Positions 27,382 through 41,822 of a stretch of DNA of 64,000 bases are shown piece after piece. Location: positions 25,535 to 89,534 of the forward strand of contig NW_021833029.1 of NCBI RefSeq assembly GCF_006345805.1. Direction: 5' to 3'. The position numbers and the translations under genes were made by a program. The stretch's first letter is position 1; each line of letters starts with the position of its first letter. Below the pieces are notes generated by a model, which searched no databases, had not been told where the DNA came from, and saw nothing but the letters and a program-made list of their open reading frames with translations. The DNA is from Octopus sinensis (Eukaryota).

Positions 27382-27427
27382 GACACCTGATGAAGGCTGG
27401 AGGGTATATCAGCCGAAACGTTGTGTT
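27382..27427 (+). ncRNA. Minimal type I hammerhead ribozyme motif, intact core
   Basis: GACAC-CTGATGA-A-GGCTG-GAGGGTATAT-CAGCC-GAAAC-GTT-GTGTT; 5-bp stems I and II, palindromic stem III, predicted cleavage after 27422. Confidence 0.8.
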
Positions 27428-27691
27428 AACAAGAAAACAAGATGAGGGGAAATATCCATCAAATGTATATAATGTACATAATTCCTCATCTCTTAAATAT
27501 AGAACTGTATCATTTGAAGAAGTTAGAAAATACTTCAAAGTCTGGAAATGCCTCTGCTCTTTCAGCAGTAAATCGCCAACAAAAGCTTGATTGATGTTAA
27601 TCGTTCCAAACATATCATCTCCAAGCACCATTTTTTAAAACAGTTTGTGACTGAAGATATGAAATGTATTTCACAGCAACATTAAGCGTCA

Positions 27692-27911
27692 TACAGGGTC
27701 GCATGCAGGCAGAACAGTTTACACGCGAGGAAAGATGATTAGAGCAATTTCGTCTGTCTTTACATTTTGAGTTCAAATTCTGCCAAAGTCGACTTTGATC
27801 TTCGTCCTTTCGAGGTCGATAAAATAAATACCACTTCAGTGCTGGGGCCAATGAAATGGACTTAACCTTTATCCTGAAATTGGTGGACTTTTGCCAAAAA
27901 CTGAAATCATT
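27692..27911 (+). mobile_element. Degenerate SINE family 2 (tail b) with 11-bp TSD
   Basis: TSD ATTAAGCGTCA at 27681-27691 and 27912-27922; body TTTTGAGTTCAAATTCTGCCAAAGTCGACTTTG. Confidence 0.8.
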
Positions 27912-28399
27912 ATTAAGCGTCAGTGACAGTGCCTAACTCTAAATCAAAAAATGTGTCACATCTACAAGCTGGGCGATAGAATTTGGTTGTTTGGTGGAAT
28001 ATGAAAGGAATTATTCCTCACGACTTTTTGAGATTGAATCAAGCAACCACTTCTCAGATTACTGTTAACGGCTTCACCATTTATGACTGCTTTGGACAGA
28101 AAACGCCCTGCCTTAATGAAAAACAGACCTCACGCCACACTATTCATTTAAAATGTTCTGGGATGCTTCAGAAAGGACAAAGGTTTCACTGTCATGATTC
28201 TCCAGAACTGCTCCATCAGCGTTCCACTAATTTAGGCCTTTGCAAAACCAACTAGCCGTGAGAAACGTAACCAACTTCATAAATACACAGACATGACAGC
28301 AGTAAATAGACACCTTTATAATCATTAAAATTTATTTAAATCTGAAATCATATATTCAAATTATTTATTAATTGTTACAATGTGAATATTTAATATTTA

Positions 28400-28720
28400 A
28401 TAGACATGCACTTTGCATTTTTCAATACAAGGACTCTATTAGGCATGCTACTGATCAGATGACGAATATTCTCAAAAGGTCTGGCTTTGAAGATGCTTTC
28501 TTCTTTTTATGACGTGTCCTGTCCATTATTCCACAAAGATGTTCAATAGGGTTCATCTCTAGTGACTGGCTTGGTCATGGAAGCTTTTTAATGCTATTCT
28601 CATCCAACAAATCTTGGGTCATTTTAGCCGTATAACAAGGAGCCCCATCTTCCATAAATAAAGAGTCTTCTGTAATCATTTCACCACTGGAGAAGACTGG
28701 AAGGAGTCCTTTTCTGCAAT
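28400..28720 (-). pseudogene. Tc1-like transposase C-terminal relic
   Basis: EDGAPCYTAK...*PSQSLEMNPIEHL (cf. QDGAPCH...WPSQSPDLNPIE). Confidence 0.7.
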
Positions 28721-28767
28721 ATGGACACATATTTATCTGAATTTATGTTTCCCTCACACTCCACCAG

Positions 28768-28905
<138 letters not shown>

Positions 28906-29039
28906 TATGTATGTGTATATTATACAATTAGGGATGTACCGAATGCAATGCAGAAGTGGACATACATTTTTATTACGTGACACAGAACGTTCAGATTGCA
29001 CGTGTTGGTGGAGTAATTCTTGTCTATAAATATTACCAC

Positions 29040-30115
29040 ATGACATAGTCTCCATTACAAATAATGCATTTATGCTACCGTTGAATCTAACTCGCGAATC
29101 CTCTGAAAAATATTCAAATGTTCACTGTCGTACTCACTTCTCCACACAGAAGATTGTCCGCACAGGTGGAAGTTGGAGAGCGTCAAACCCGGGCTGTACG
29201 GTGAATGAAGGGAACCATTGAACAACCCAGCTTATTGCTTGGTTTATTGCCCAACACGTATGTAGACACGCATTGTCATGATGAATGAGAATCGCTTTCA
29301 TTTTCGTGTCCGGCCGTTTCTTCTTAATGGTTCCTAATCTTTTTGATCGTTTCAATTTATCGCTCGGTAATCATTGTGCAGCCACGTTCCAGAAAATCGT
29401 CACCCACCCACCAAAATAGTAAAAAAAAACTGTACCAATCCCAGGCTCTTGAAGTTCTCAGATCTATTGTCTATTGTCTTGAGGTTCTCAGTTCTATTAT
29501 CCAAAGCATTGACTGAGAATTCGTTCACGGATCAAAATGATACGTTCACGTTTCATACCATATTACCAGAATAATCTCTTCATTAGCTTCAAACGTTTGC
29601 ATCGGACCCAAACAGACTTCACTATTCTCTCTTTCAAATGAATATCAACTGCCGCTTTGGACACAATTTCTTATGTCCAAAGTGTTCTACTATCATATGT
29701 AATGCATTGTTACCACAGTCCAGCTGTTCAGAAGGCTAACCTTATTGCAATTCATCTGTCTGAGAGAATCAATTTTTCCACTCGATGGCGATTGACATCA
29801 ACAGTTGCACTTGATGGCCTTCCATTATATTCAACGTTGGTTTACCTTTCTTCCATTTCTTCATCCACTTGCGCACATTGCTCATGTCAACAAGCTGTAA
29901 CCAATCTGCAGTTGTTGAACAACCTGAACACTTCCTTCCTCAAGAACTTAATGCTGGATCATTGCTTCTCTCATAGAACCTATTATTAACATGGACTGAA
30001 GAACAAGAAAGAAGTTACTATAAAGACACTTATTCCACCAACGTGTGCAGTCTGAACGATATATGCCACTAAATATAATATGCTGACGTTAGCATTTCTT
30101 TCGAAACAACCCTCG
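29040..30115 (-). pseudogene. mariner element relic, near full length
   Basis: End CGAGGGTTGTTTCGAAAG; GRPSSATV; LIHHDNA; HSPYSPGLTLSNFHL (cf. YSPDLAPSDFHLF). Confidence 0.75.
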
Positions 30116-30472
30116 CATATATATATATATACACAAAAAAAAAATTTTTTGCGATTTCTTAATTGTTCTTGCAAGAAATATCCAAGGAATATCCGCAAGA
30201 AACTATTCAATACTCACATAACTGTAGAGATCAAAGACTATCACGTGATCTTTAGAAAGGTAAACATTTAAAACATAGTAACAGCAACAACAACAACAAC
30301 AACAACAAAGACGATGTGTGTTCATTACAGTTTCGTATTGCACAGATTGCACTGGACATCAGTAATTTCACGTCTGTCGCAATTTCCCATAACACTACAA
30401 TGTATGCACATACACACACACACACAAATATATAACATATATATATATATATATGTTATATGTTTGTGTGTG

Positions 30473-30513
<41 letters not shown>

Positions 30514-30535
30514 CAAACATATTTAAGCACATACA

Positions 30536-30572
<37 letters not shown>

Positions 30573-30606
30573 ATATATAATTATATACAAACATATTTAA
30601 GCACAT

Positions 30607-30638
<32 letters not shown>

Positions 30639-30796
30639 TACATAGATATATGTATATGTCTGTCTCTGTGTGTGTAACCGGAATTTCCTTCCCAACTTCT
30701 GTAAGTGGTTGGTTATGTTTTGGGTGGAAGTGTTGGGGAAGAAGAGTCTGCTGCAAAGATTAATAAAATTTGCTGGTTTACATACGTGCACGTTAG

Positions 30797-30881
<85 letters not shown>

Positions 30882-30942
30882 TGTATGTATGTATGTAGTA
30901 TGTATGTATGTATGTAGCTAGGTAGGTATATATGCATATATA

Positions 30943-30984
<42 letters not shown>

Positions 30985-31369
30985 CTCTGTCGGCTTGATC
31001 ACCGTGAGTGCTGCCTCTTTAAAGTGTATACACGACGTATGCGCGTACGTCGAATGGCTGCCAATATGTCACTATGTGCGTGTTGGGTTTGTGCGTGTTG
31101 GGTTTGTGCGTGTGCGTGTGCGTGTGCGAGTACGCGTGCGCGCGCGAGTGTATGTGTGTGTGTGTAACTTTTTTATTAATTTCTTACGTGGAAATTAATT
31201 TTCTCTCTGTATTACTTTCTCTTTCTTCTATTTCCGTTTCTTTTTCTGTGTCTATATAAGCAAGTATACTCGCATATTTCTTCCTACATGTATATTCGTG
31301 TCTTTTGGGCCTATATTTATATCTGCTTTTCGCATGTCAGTACACATGTATGTGCGTACGAATATATAT

Positions 31370-31418
<49 letters not shown>

Positions 31419-31688
31419 TATACATACATATACATACATATATACATACATACATAAGAATCTACGTAGGTTTGCACTTTGTGTGCTTGTGTATTTCTGT
31501 TTGCATGTGCAATATAATTGTAATGTGCACCTCAAGTGCAGAGAAATCGGTAAGTCTTCAAAGGAATGGAGCCGCCTTCAGACTTGCATTATTGGTTGGG
31601 TAAATATACGCAACAAGCTTAAAGCTGCACTCACACAGACACTTGTAAACAGAAGCTGACTTTATATGTATACCTTATATACGGATGG

Positions 31689-34341
<2,653 letters not shown>

Positions 34342-34389
34342 TAGATAGATAGATAGATAAATAGATAGATAGGCAGCCAGAAAGTTAGG

Positions 34390-34420
<31 letters not shown>

Positions 34421-34429
34421 GCAGACAAG

Positions 34430-34488
<59 letters not shown>

Positions 34489-34489
34489 T

Positions 34490-34523
<34 letters not shown>

Positions 34524-34538
34524 AGCAGGCAGGCAGAT

Positions 34539-34588
<50 letters not shown>

Positions 34589-34608
34589 CAGACACACAGA
34601 CAGACAAG

Positions 34609-34657
<49 letters not shown>

Positions 34658-34666
34658 GGATAGATG

Positions 34667-34725
<59 letters not shown>

Positions 34726-34746
34726 TGATAGATAGATAGATAGATA
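34342..34746. repeat. (GATA/GACA)n array between Tx1 elements B and A
   Basis: Direct observation. Confidence 0.95.
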
Positions 34747-35038
34747 ACTTTTTTTATTGTAGCCACAGGGCTAAACACAATAAAAATGGACGAAATACAA
34801 TGTAGAATTTTTTCTTTTCGAGGTAGGATGGGTGGGGCACAAAAAAAAAACTCGTTTGATCAATAGGGATCTGTGGGTTGTGTGGTGTATAAAAAAGCAA
34901 TATATATATATATATATATATAAGGTTCACAGTTTAGGTGTAGCTTTGGAAAGAAAAACCTACAAAAAAGACCAAGGCCACTTCAGTTCGAAAATGAACA
35001 CATGAGTAAGTCGCCTTACTTCTCGTTGTCTCTTTTGG

Positions 35039-38000
35039 TTACAGATTTATGCTTAAAATAGTGTCGTCTTTCATACTGACCATTTTTGCCACTTTTACCC
35101 ACTTTTTATTAAAACATTCGTTCGACAAAGCCTTCCTCTCTATTCTCATCCTCCTTTTCAAGTGGTACTTGAAAAAGTTGACGAGAGACTGACCAGAGAG
35201 GAAGGTGTTTGTTTGCAGTCCTTTCAAACGCGTCCACCACACACATTCTTTCGCCATAGCCAGCAGCGTAACGAAAACCGTTTTCCCTTCCCGTTTAAAG
35301 GAAGGTGGTGGAACAATATTCACGACAGACTTGGCCGATAGGTGGGCCCGACCTACACGTGACAACAGCTGTTCGACGAAGGTCCACAGCTCTGAAATAT
35401 CTGGACACTGCACGAGTGCGTGCAGAACGGTTTCGTCGCTCTGACCGCATCTCGGGCAGGTCGGTCCGGTGATGGTTTTCGAACCGTGCCTGTAGCTCTT
35501 CTCTCGAACAGGTAGTGCGTCTCGATAGCACTGCCAAGCCAGGGATTTCTGGAAGTTATCCATAGGCCCCGGCCGAACGTCGTCCTGAACAGGCGGGTGG
35601 GTTAGGAATTCTCATCGACGCCCAGGTTTGCCCCGAGTGTGTCGTCGGACCTCCCCTCCACTAGTCCTCTATAGAACGCTTTAGTCGTTTGTAAGTTGCA
35701 CAAGTTTGACCCCGGTCGGCAGAGCTGCTGTAGAGCTTGGCGACACTCTCGGTGCCAATCGCCCAGTTTCGGTCTTTTCTTGATCCACGTTTGCAGTTCG
35801 GTCAGTGAGACGAGCTGCGGGAAGGCGCGCCTCACAAACGGCGCCCACACCTGTTCACCGTCGTCGATGAAGTTCCAGAGATGCCGCAGTCTCAGCGCAT
35901 GCCTGCGCATCATCAACCATGGCATGCCCAGTCCTCCATTCAACGGATGTTGACAGCAAATGGACTTCCTCACCATCGGAACGCCACCCTTCCACAGGAA
36001 GCGGAAGAGTATGCGCTCCAGTTTGGTGATGGTGGCGTCGGGACAAGGCACGACGGTCAGGCGGTAATCGATGACGGATGCGAATGTACGCGTTCGCCAC
36101 CTCCGCGACCTTTAGAGACAGCTTTCTCTCGGCCCATGTTTGGCTGAGAGCGACCACTTTACTCGTGATCTCGTCCCAGTTCTTATCCATTTGGAGGTCC
36201 GGACTGAACCAGACCCCGAGCAATTTAACCTGTCTGTCCGTCCAGCGTCCCACTACTGAGCCGCAGTCGGACGGCATGGGCTTGCTTCTCCAGGTGCCGA
36301 GTAGCAAACCCACTGACTTTTCCGGGTTAATCTTCGCTCCCGTCACCGTTTCGTATTTTCTTAGTGTCTCGCCTATCATCTGGATGTGTTTGTCGCTCGA
36401 CACTATGACGGTGACATCGTCCGCATATGCCGACTCGCTCGTCCCGTAACCCAGTTCCCTTGGGATGCTCCTCAGTGTCGCCAGCTTCCGCAGTAACGGC
36501 TCCAGAGTCAATACATACAGAAGCGCCGACAGGGGACACCCCTGACGGACCGAACGCGTGATGTCAAACGGTTTCGACAGGTGACCGTTCACCCGAATCA
36601 CCGATCGGATGCCGCTATACAAGGCAGCGATCCAACCGCGGAAGACGGGACCGAAGCCAGCCGTCCTGAGGACGGCCGCCAAGTACCGATGGTCGACCCT
36701 ATCGAAGGCTTTAGACTGATCCAAATTGATCAGCGCCCCATCCATGCCAGGATCCTTAACTACCCTGTCCACAATGTAGCGCATCAGATGGAGGTTGTCA
36801 TGTATAGTTCTGCCCGGCACGGCGCATGTTTGCGCCCTGTCGACCAGTTTACCAATGACAAGCGCCAACCTCTCGGCTATTACTTTGGCTAAAATTTTCA
36901 AATCTGCGTTGAGCAGAGTGATGGGCCTGAAATTATCTATAAAATTCCCCTTGTTTGGGTCTTTCTTCAGCAACGTCACTGCACCTCGGCTCACGAAACC
37001 GGGGATTCTCCCGTTTTGTTGCCAGTTGCAGTAGACTGATGCCAAGAGGTCGCCAAACAAGTCTGGCATTTGACAATACAGCTCGTAGGGTAAACCATCC
37101 AATCCAGGCGACTTATCCCTCGCGCAGCCCGCCATCGTATCCCGCACGTCAGCGGCTGTGATGGGACTTTCACAACACTTCGCTTCTCTTGCCGAGAGCC
37201 GCGGCAGGTCGGTCAGGTAGGCACTGAAATCCATCCCGCGTTCCGACCCACCACTCGCACCAAACAGTCGAGCAAAGTGCTGTTGAAAGGCCTCACACAT
37301 TCTTTCGGGTTCGAGTAAACTGCATCCCTGTTGATCTATTAGAGACCGAATGGTGGCTCTGTTGCCACGCTGCGCCTCCGCTACCCGGGCCTCTCGCGCA
37401 GCTTCGATCCCTTCGTTCCTTAAGGCACGCATTTTAGCTCTGACGACGCAACCTTCGTGCTTGGCGTTGAGGTGTTGGTCGAGGGCCATCCTCGCAGCCA
37501 GCACGTTGGTTGCGCTGCCAGTGGTAAGTGCCTCTTCTAGTTTCTTAACCAGGTCTCCCTCTACTCTATTTCGATCTATCGCTAATTCTTTGCTAAACCT
37601 AATTGATTCCGATTTTACTGCCATTTTCAGGGCGTACCACCAGCGGTTGTTAACGACGGCTCCCGTCAGCGCCCTCTTAATTAATTCGCTAATCCGGTTC
37701 CTGTAAACCTGTCGCGCTAAGAGCGACGTGTTCAGTTTCCAGTAACCGGGACCCTGCCTATGTGTTTTATCTAAGTCGAGCGTACACGTCACAAATTTAT
37801 GATCTGTGTAGCTGACTATTTTAAATTGTGGACATCCTACACTATCCCTATCCGCTGTCCTGCATAGAATTCTATCTAGATAAGATCTCGACGATCCGAC
37901 GCGGTTTGTCCAAGTCCACGTTGGCACGTTCGGATGGTCGAGTCGGAACCTGTCAGACAAATGGAAACGTCTGAGTAGGTCTTTGAGGCACTTACACCCC

Positions 38001-38455
38001 CTTCTATTCCTATCCATTCCCACATAATCTAGATGCGTGTCCAAGGTAGCGTTCCAATCCCCTACTAACAATAAAGGTCTAGACGTACCCAGGAAAACCT
38101 CTAGACGTCTGAAGAAATCCGCCCGACCCGTTATGTCGGAATGCACACCCATTTCTGCCATCCACGTCCAAGACAATCAGCCTACCCTCCGGGTCTAGGA
38201 ATATTGCTCTTACTTTTACATTTAGACTCTTTCGAAAAAGCACCGCGATACCTCCACCACCCATGTTCGGCAGACAGGGAGAAAAATAAATGTCAAATTG
38301 ATTGCCAAACATGGACGCGAGGGCCCGCGGCTTGCTGAGTCTGGTTTCACTGATAGCTACTATATCCACGTTCAGTGACTTGATGTCGTTTAGAAGGTAA
38401 CCTGCTTCCAAGCCGACGCCAAGCCACGCGCATTCACACAACCTAATTTAAGCAT
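35039..38455 (-). pseudogene. ORF2 of Tx1 element A: APE endonuclease + RT + CCHC, with frameshifts
   Basis: ATG at 38455 (MLKLGCVNARGL); ISETRL, GDWNA, SYLDRI, TDHK; [46 protein letters not shown]; CPRCGQSDETVLHALVQC; stop at 35039-35041. Confidence 0.92.
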
Positions 38456-38545
38456 AATTGACGTTTACGAAAATTGTGTTTCACACAACAAACATTGGAA
38501 GAGACAAGAGGCAAGAGGGAAGGTCACTTACTCATTTCGAAAGTT

Positions 38546-40403
38546 TCATTTTTTTCTTCTTCTTTTGTAGTGTCTTTGATGAGGTGTTTGTATAGTTTTT
38601 TGAGAGGTATCGTTGACAAACCCGCCTACCGCATTTGGAAATATTGTTTTCAGTGTATGGTGTTTGTTTGTGTTATGTGTACAATTTTTATGTGTTTCGG
38701 TGGTGTGTGGCGGATGATTGTTTGTCTTAAAGTCATCTTCACAGATTGTCCGTGTTGGATACAATTTAATCCTTAATTTTTTATTGTCTGTGTCTATTGC
38801 AGTTAGTTGTGTGTGCGGTTTTCGGGTTCATTGATTTTTTTATTGTCTAGGGGGATTCTGTCCGGAGTTAAATATCTCCCTACTTTACTTCCTTGTTTGG
38901 TGGGCTTTTTTATCTTTTCCTTTTACCCCCTGTGGCTATTTGCCATTCCGTCGAACTTTCGTCGTCCGACGTATCAGAAGGGGGTAAAGGCAAAGCATGT
39001 GTTAATATGTATGCTTGTAGAAATTGTTGATGTTTTGTGCGGTGTTTGTGTTGTTATGGTGTTAGGGGTAGAATTTGTCTTCTCGTCACTGTTTTCTGTA
39101 TTTTTAATTGTCGTCCTGGGTGTTGGTGTGGGTCTACCTTTTGGTTCAGCATGATGAATTGGTTGTGTCGTCAACGGTGATTTTGTTGGTACTGTTTCTT
39201 TCTTGGTGATGTGTTGTTGGGGTGTTTGTGCTGGTTTGTTGTTTTTCTTCTTGGCATTGTTCCATAATTGAGTGTGTTGGTGTTGGTGTTGGCACAAGGG
39301 TTTTTATATTGTTTTCTGATTTGTTCTTTCTTGTTTTTCTGTGCTAGAGCGCACTTGGCATTAAATGCTCTGGGCTGCCAGTTGTAGCATCTAGGCTTTT
39401 TGCCTTCTGCCACAACATATAGGCTTGCCCATTTTCTAGGTGGATCCTATCGGGTAGGTTCTCGATAGAGGCCCCCTCAATCTGGATGGTCACTACTATT
39501 GTTTTTCCACCCCAATTGTCGTTTAGGTACACGGCGGTTTCTAAAATATTGATCTTTTTCAAATGGTAACAGATTGCCCTTGTTATCTATTTGTTCGGGA
39601 TCTCGGGGGGTACATTTTTAATAGTAATTCTACACACACTCTGGCCTTTGAAATAAGGTACCATTTTGATATCATCATTTTCCAAAGACTCGGTAGAGTG
39701 AGCTTTTGCCACTTCCTGGTTAGGGAAGCGGACCACTACTGTGTTAAACTAGGGACCCCAGTTTATATATTCTTTTTTTTTCATTGTGTTTTTTAAACAT
39801 TTTTCTATATCCGTTTTTGTAATCTGTTCATTTTGTTTTTTTGTTTTTTCTTATAATTTTATATATAATTGTCTTATTTTCTATTTGTTCCTTTATGTGT
39901 TGAGGTGTATGCAGCACTAAATCTTGCCCACGGGTTGTAAAGAGAGCTCTCCTTTCTATTAGCTCTTCGTTTGTAAATGTTACTATTTCTTTCTTCTGAC
40001 GCAGAGTGTCAGCGAAATTTACTGGTGTTGTTGATTTTTTTATATTAACATCTTCACTATTAGATAGTTCCTTTTTATTGTTGGTCTTGTTGTTGTTGTT
40101 TTTCTTAATAGTATTCGCGTGAGTTTCATTTTTATCATTTATGTTGGTCGTGGTGGTAGTGGTGGTGGTGGTGGAGGTGGTGGTGGTAGCAGTAGTAGTC
40201 TCGTTGTTGTTGTTGTTAGTGGTGGTGGTGGTGGTGGTGGTGACAGGGCTGTTACCGCAAGTGGTTGCAGCGTTCACTACCACGTCATTCAGGTTTGCGC
40301 TTTGCGTGCATAAGTTCTTTTTTTCTCCTAGCGTTTCCAGACTAGGAAAATGCTGGTCCATAAAGGAACGCGACCAGCGTTCTACAATAAAATTTCTCGA
40401 CAT
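38546..40403 (-). pseudogene. ORF1 of Tx1 element A, disrupted
   Basis: ATG at 40403; poly-T/N tract; RITIKNVPPEIP; degenerate zinc knuckle GKKPRCYN...KC; directly upstream of ORF2; end approximate. Confidence 0.7.
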
Positions 40404-40599
40404 TTTTTAATGTCGAGAAGAAAATTACACAAATTAAATAGGGTTGAAACTGCCCCTAGGGGCGAATTCCTCCCTTGGAAAAGCACTCAAACGAAAGTTG
40501 GGTGCCTTACACACCTTATTTACAAAAATGTACACAAAATATGTGCTATAAATAGTCAAAATAAACGATTACCTTCGGAGCGAGATGACAGCACGTCCG

Positions 40600-40671
<72 letters not shown>

Positions 40672-40672
40672 C

Positions 40673-40753
<81 letters not shown>
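40600..40753. repeat. (GATA)n array at 5' end of Tx1 element A
   Basis: Direct observation. Confidence 0.95.
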
Positions 40754-40754
<1 letters not shown>

Positions 40755-41651
40755 AATGGCAGACAGACAGATACAAGGGCAGACAGATAGACAGATGGAT
40801 ACATAGATAAATGCGTATGTATGCATGTATGTATATTAATTTATATATTTTTAACATGCAAAATATAGTTTAGTAAGTATATACATAAATTTGTTGCTTT
40901 ACTATATATACATATATGTACACATACACACACATATATATATATATACATATATATGTATATATATATATATATATGTATGTATATATGTATGTATATA
41001 TGTATATGCATGTATATATATACGTTATACATACATATGTGTATATATATATGTGTGCGTGTATGTGTGAATGTGTGTATGCATGTGTGCGTGTACGTAT
41101 GTATGTCTATGTGTGTGTGTGTATTGACATGGTTGGGGTAATATGTACCGCATGGGGTTGTAGAAGAGAATTCGTTTCCAATTTCCAGTATGGCAATGTC
41201 GAGGAGAAGGCCCCGCAACACACCACGTAGTGCCAAATATCTGATACTTACAAATTATTAACCTTATTGTTACTGTCACTTTGCCGCTGTCGTTGGTGTT
41301 GTTTTTATTTTGCTGTTAACGTTGTTGTTGTTGTTGTTGCTGTTGTTATTGCTGTTATTGTTGTTCTTGCTGCTACTACTGCTGCTTTCGTTGTTTAATT
41401 TTCTTCCTCTAACCTAGCGGCAAACAACTTACTGTCTATGCGGAGGATGCAATTAACTGCAGATCTTATAGTTTTGCCCTTAAGACAAAATATCCGTCTT
41501 GCATCAGATGGATATCAAATAATACAGTATGTTGATATCACAAAAGCGAGAACATAATTCGTTATTATATTTTCTTGATGCAATATGATTTGTATACGTG
41601 TAGGTATGTAATATAAGTATTATATATATATATATATATATTTATAATATA

Positions 41652-41702
<51 letters not shown>

Positions 41703-41822
41703 TACATTATATGGATATATGGATATAGATAGAGAAAAGTTTATATATATATATATTGAATGTATACATTGTGTATGTACGCACTCGTGTATATATATAT
41801 ATATATATATATATATTTTATT

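Larger units (their letters stand above)
26960..27508. mobile_element. Composite insertion: tRNA-headed hammerhead-containing element (minus, ~27336 to 26960) plus inverted 5'-truncated second copy (plus, 27346-27508)
   Basis: 13-bp TSD ATCATTTGAAGAA at 26947-26959 and 27509-27521; the two arms are reverse complements over ~150 bp; minus-strand head TGGCCTAGTGATTAAG (A box) and GAGTTCGATTCC (B box), then (AAT)n. Confidence 0.9.
26507..28290 (+). pseudogene. mariner transposase relic split by two TSD-flanked insertions
   Basis: ATG at 26661; HTH-like region; ...VHNHLKK resumes after TSD at 27509; FLKQFVTEDMK (first D region); VWWNMKGII at ~27985; ends approximate. Confidence 0.7.
34747..40599 (-). 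mobile_element. Full-length (~5.85 kb) Tx1/L1-clade LINE A
   Basis: ~200-bp 5' UTR, ORF1, APE-RT-CCHC ORF2, ~290-bp 3' UTR with AATAAA; both ends abut (GATA)n. Confidence 0.95.

Noticed and set aside
39828-40403. 191-aa Thr/Asn-rich ORF as a host gene
   Set aside because: It is the N-terminal part of Tx1 ORF1, inside the element boundaries.
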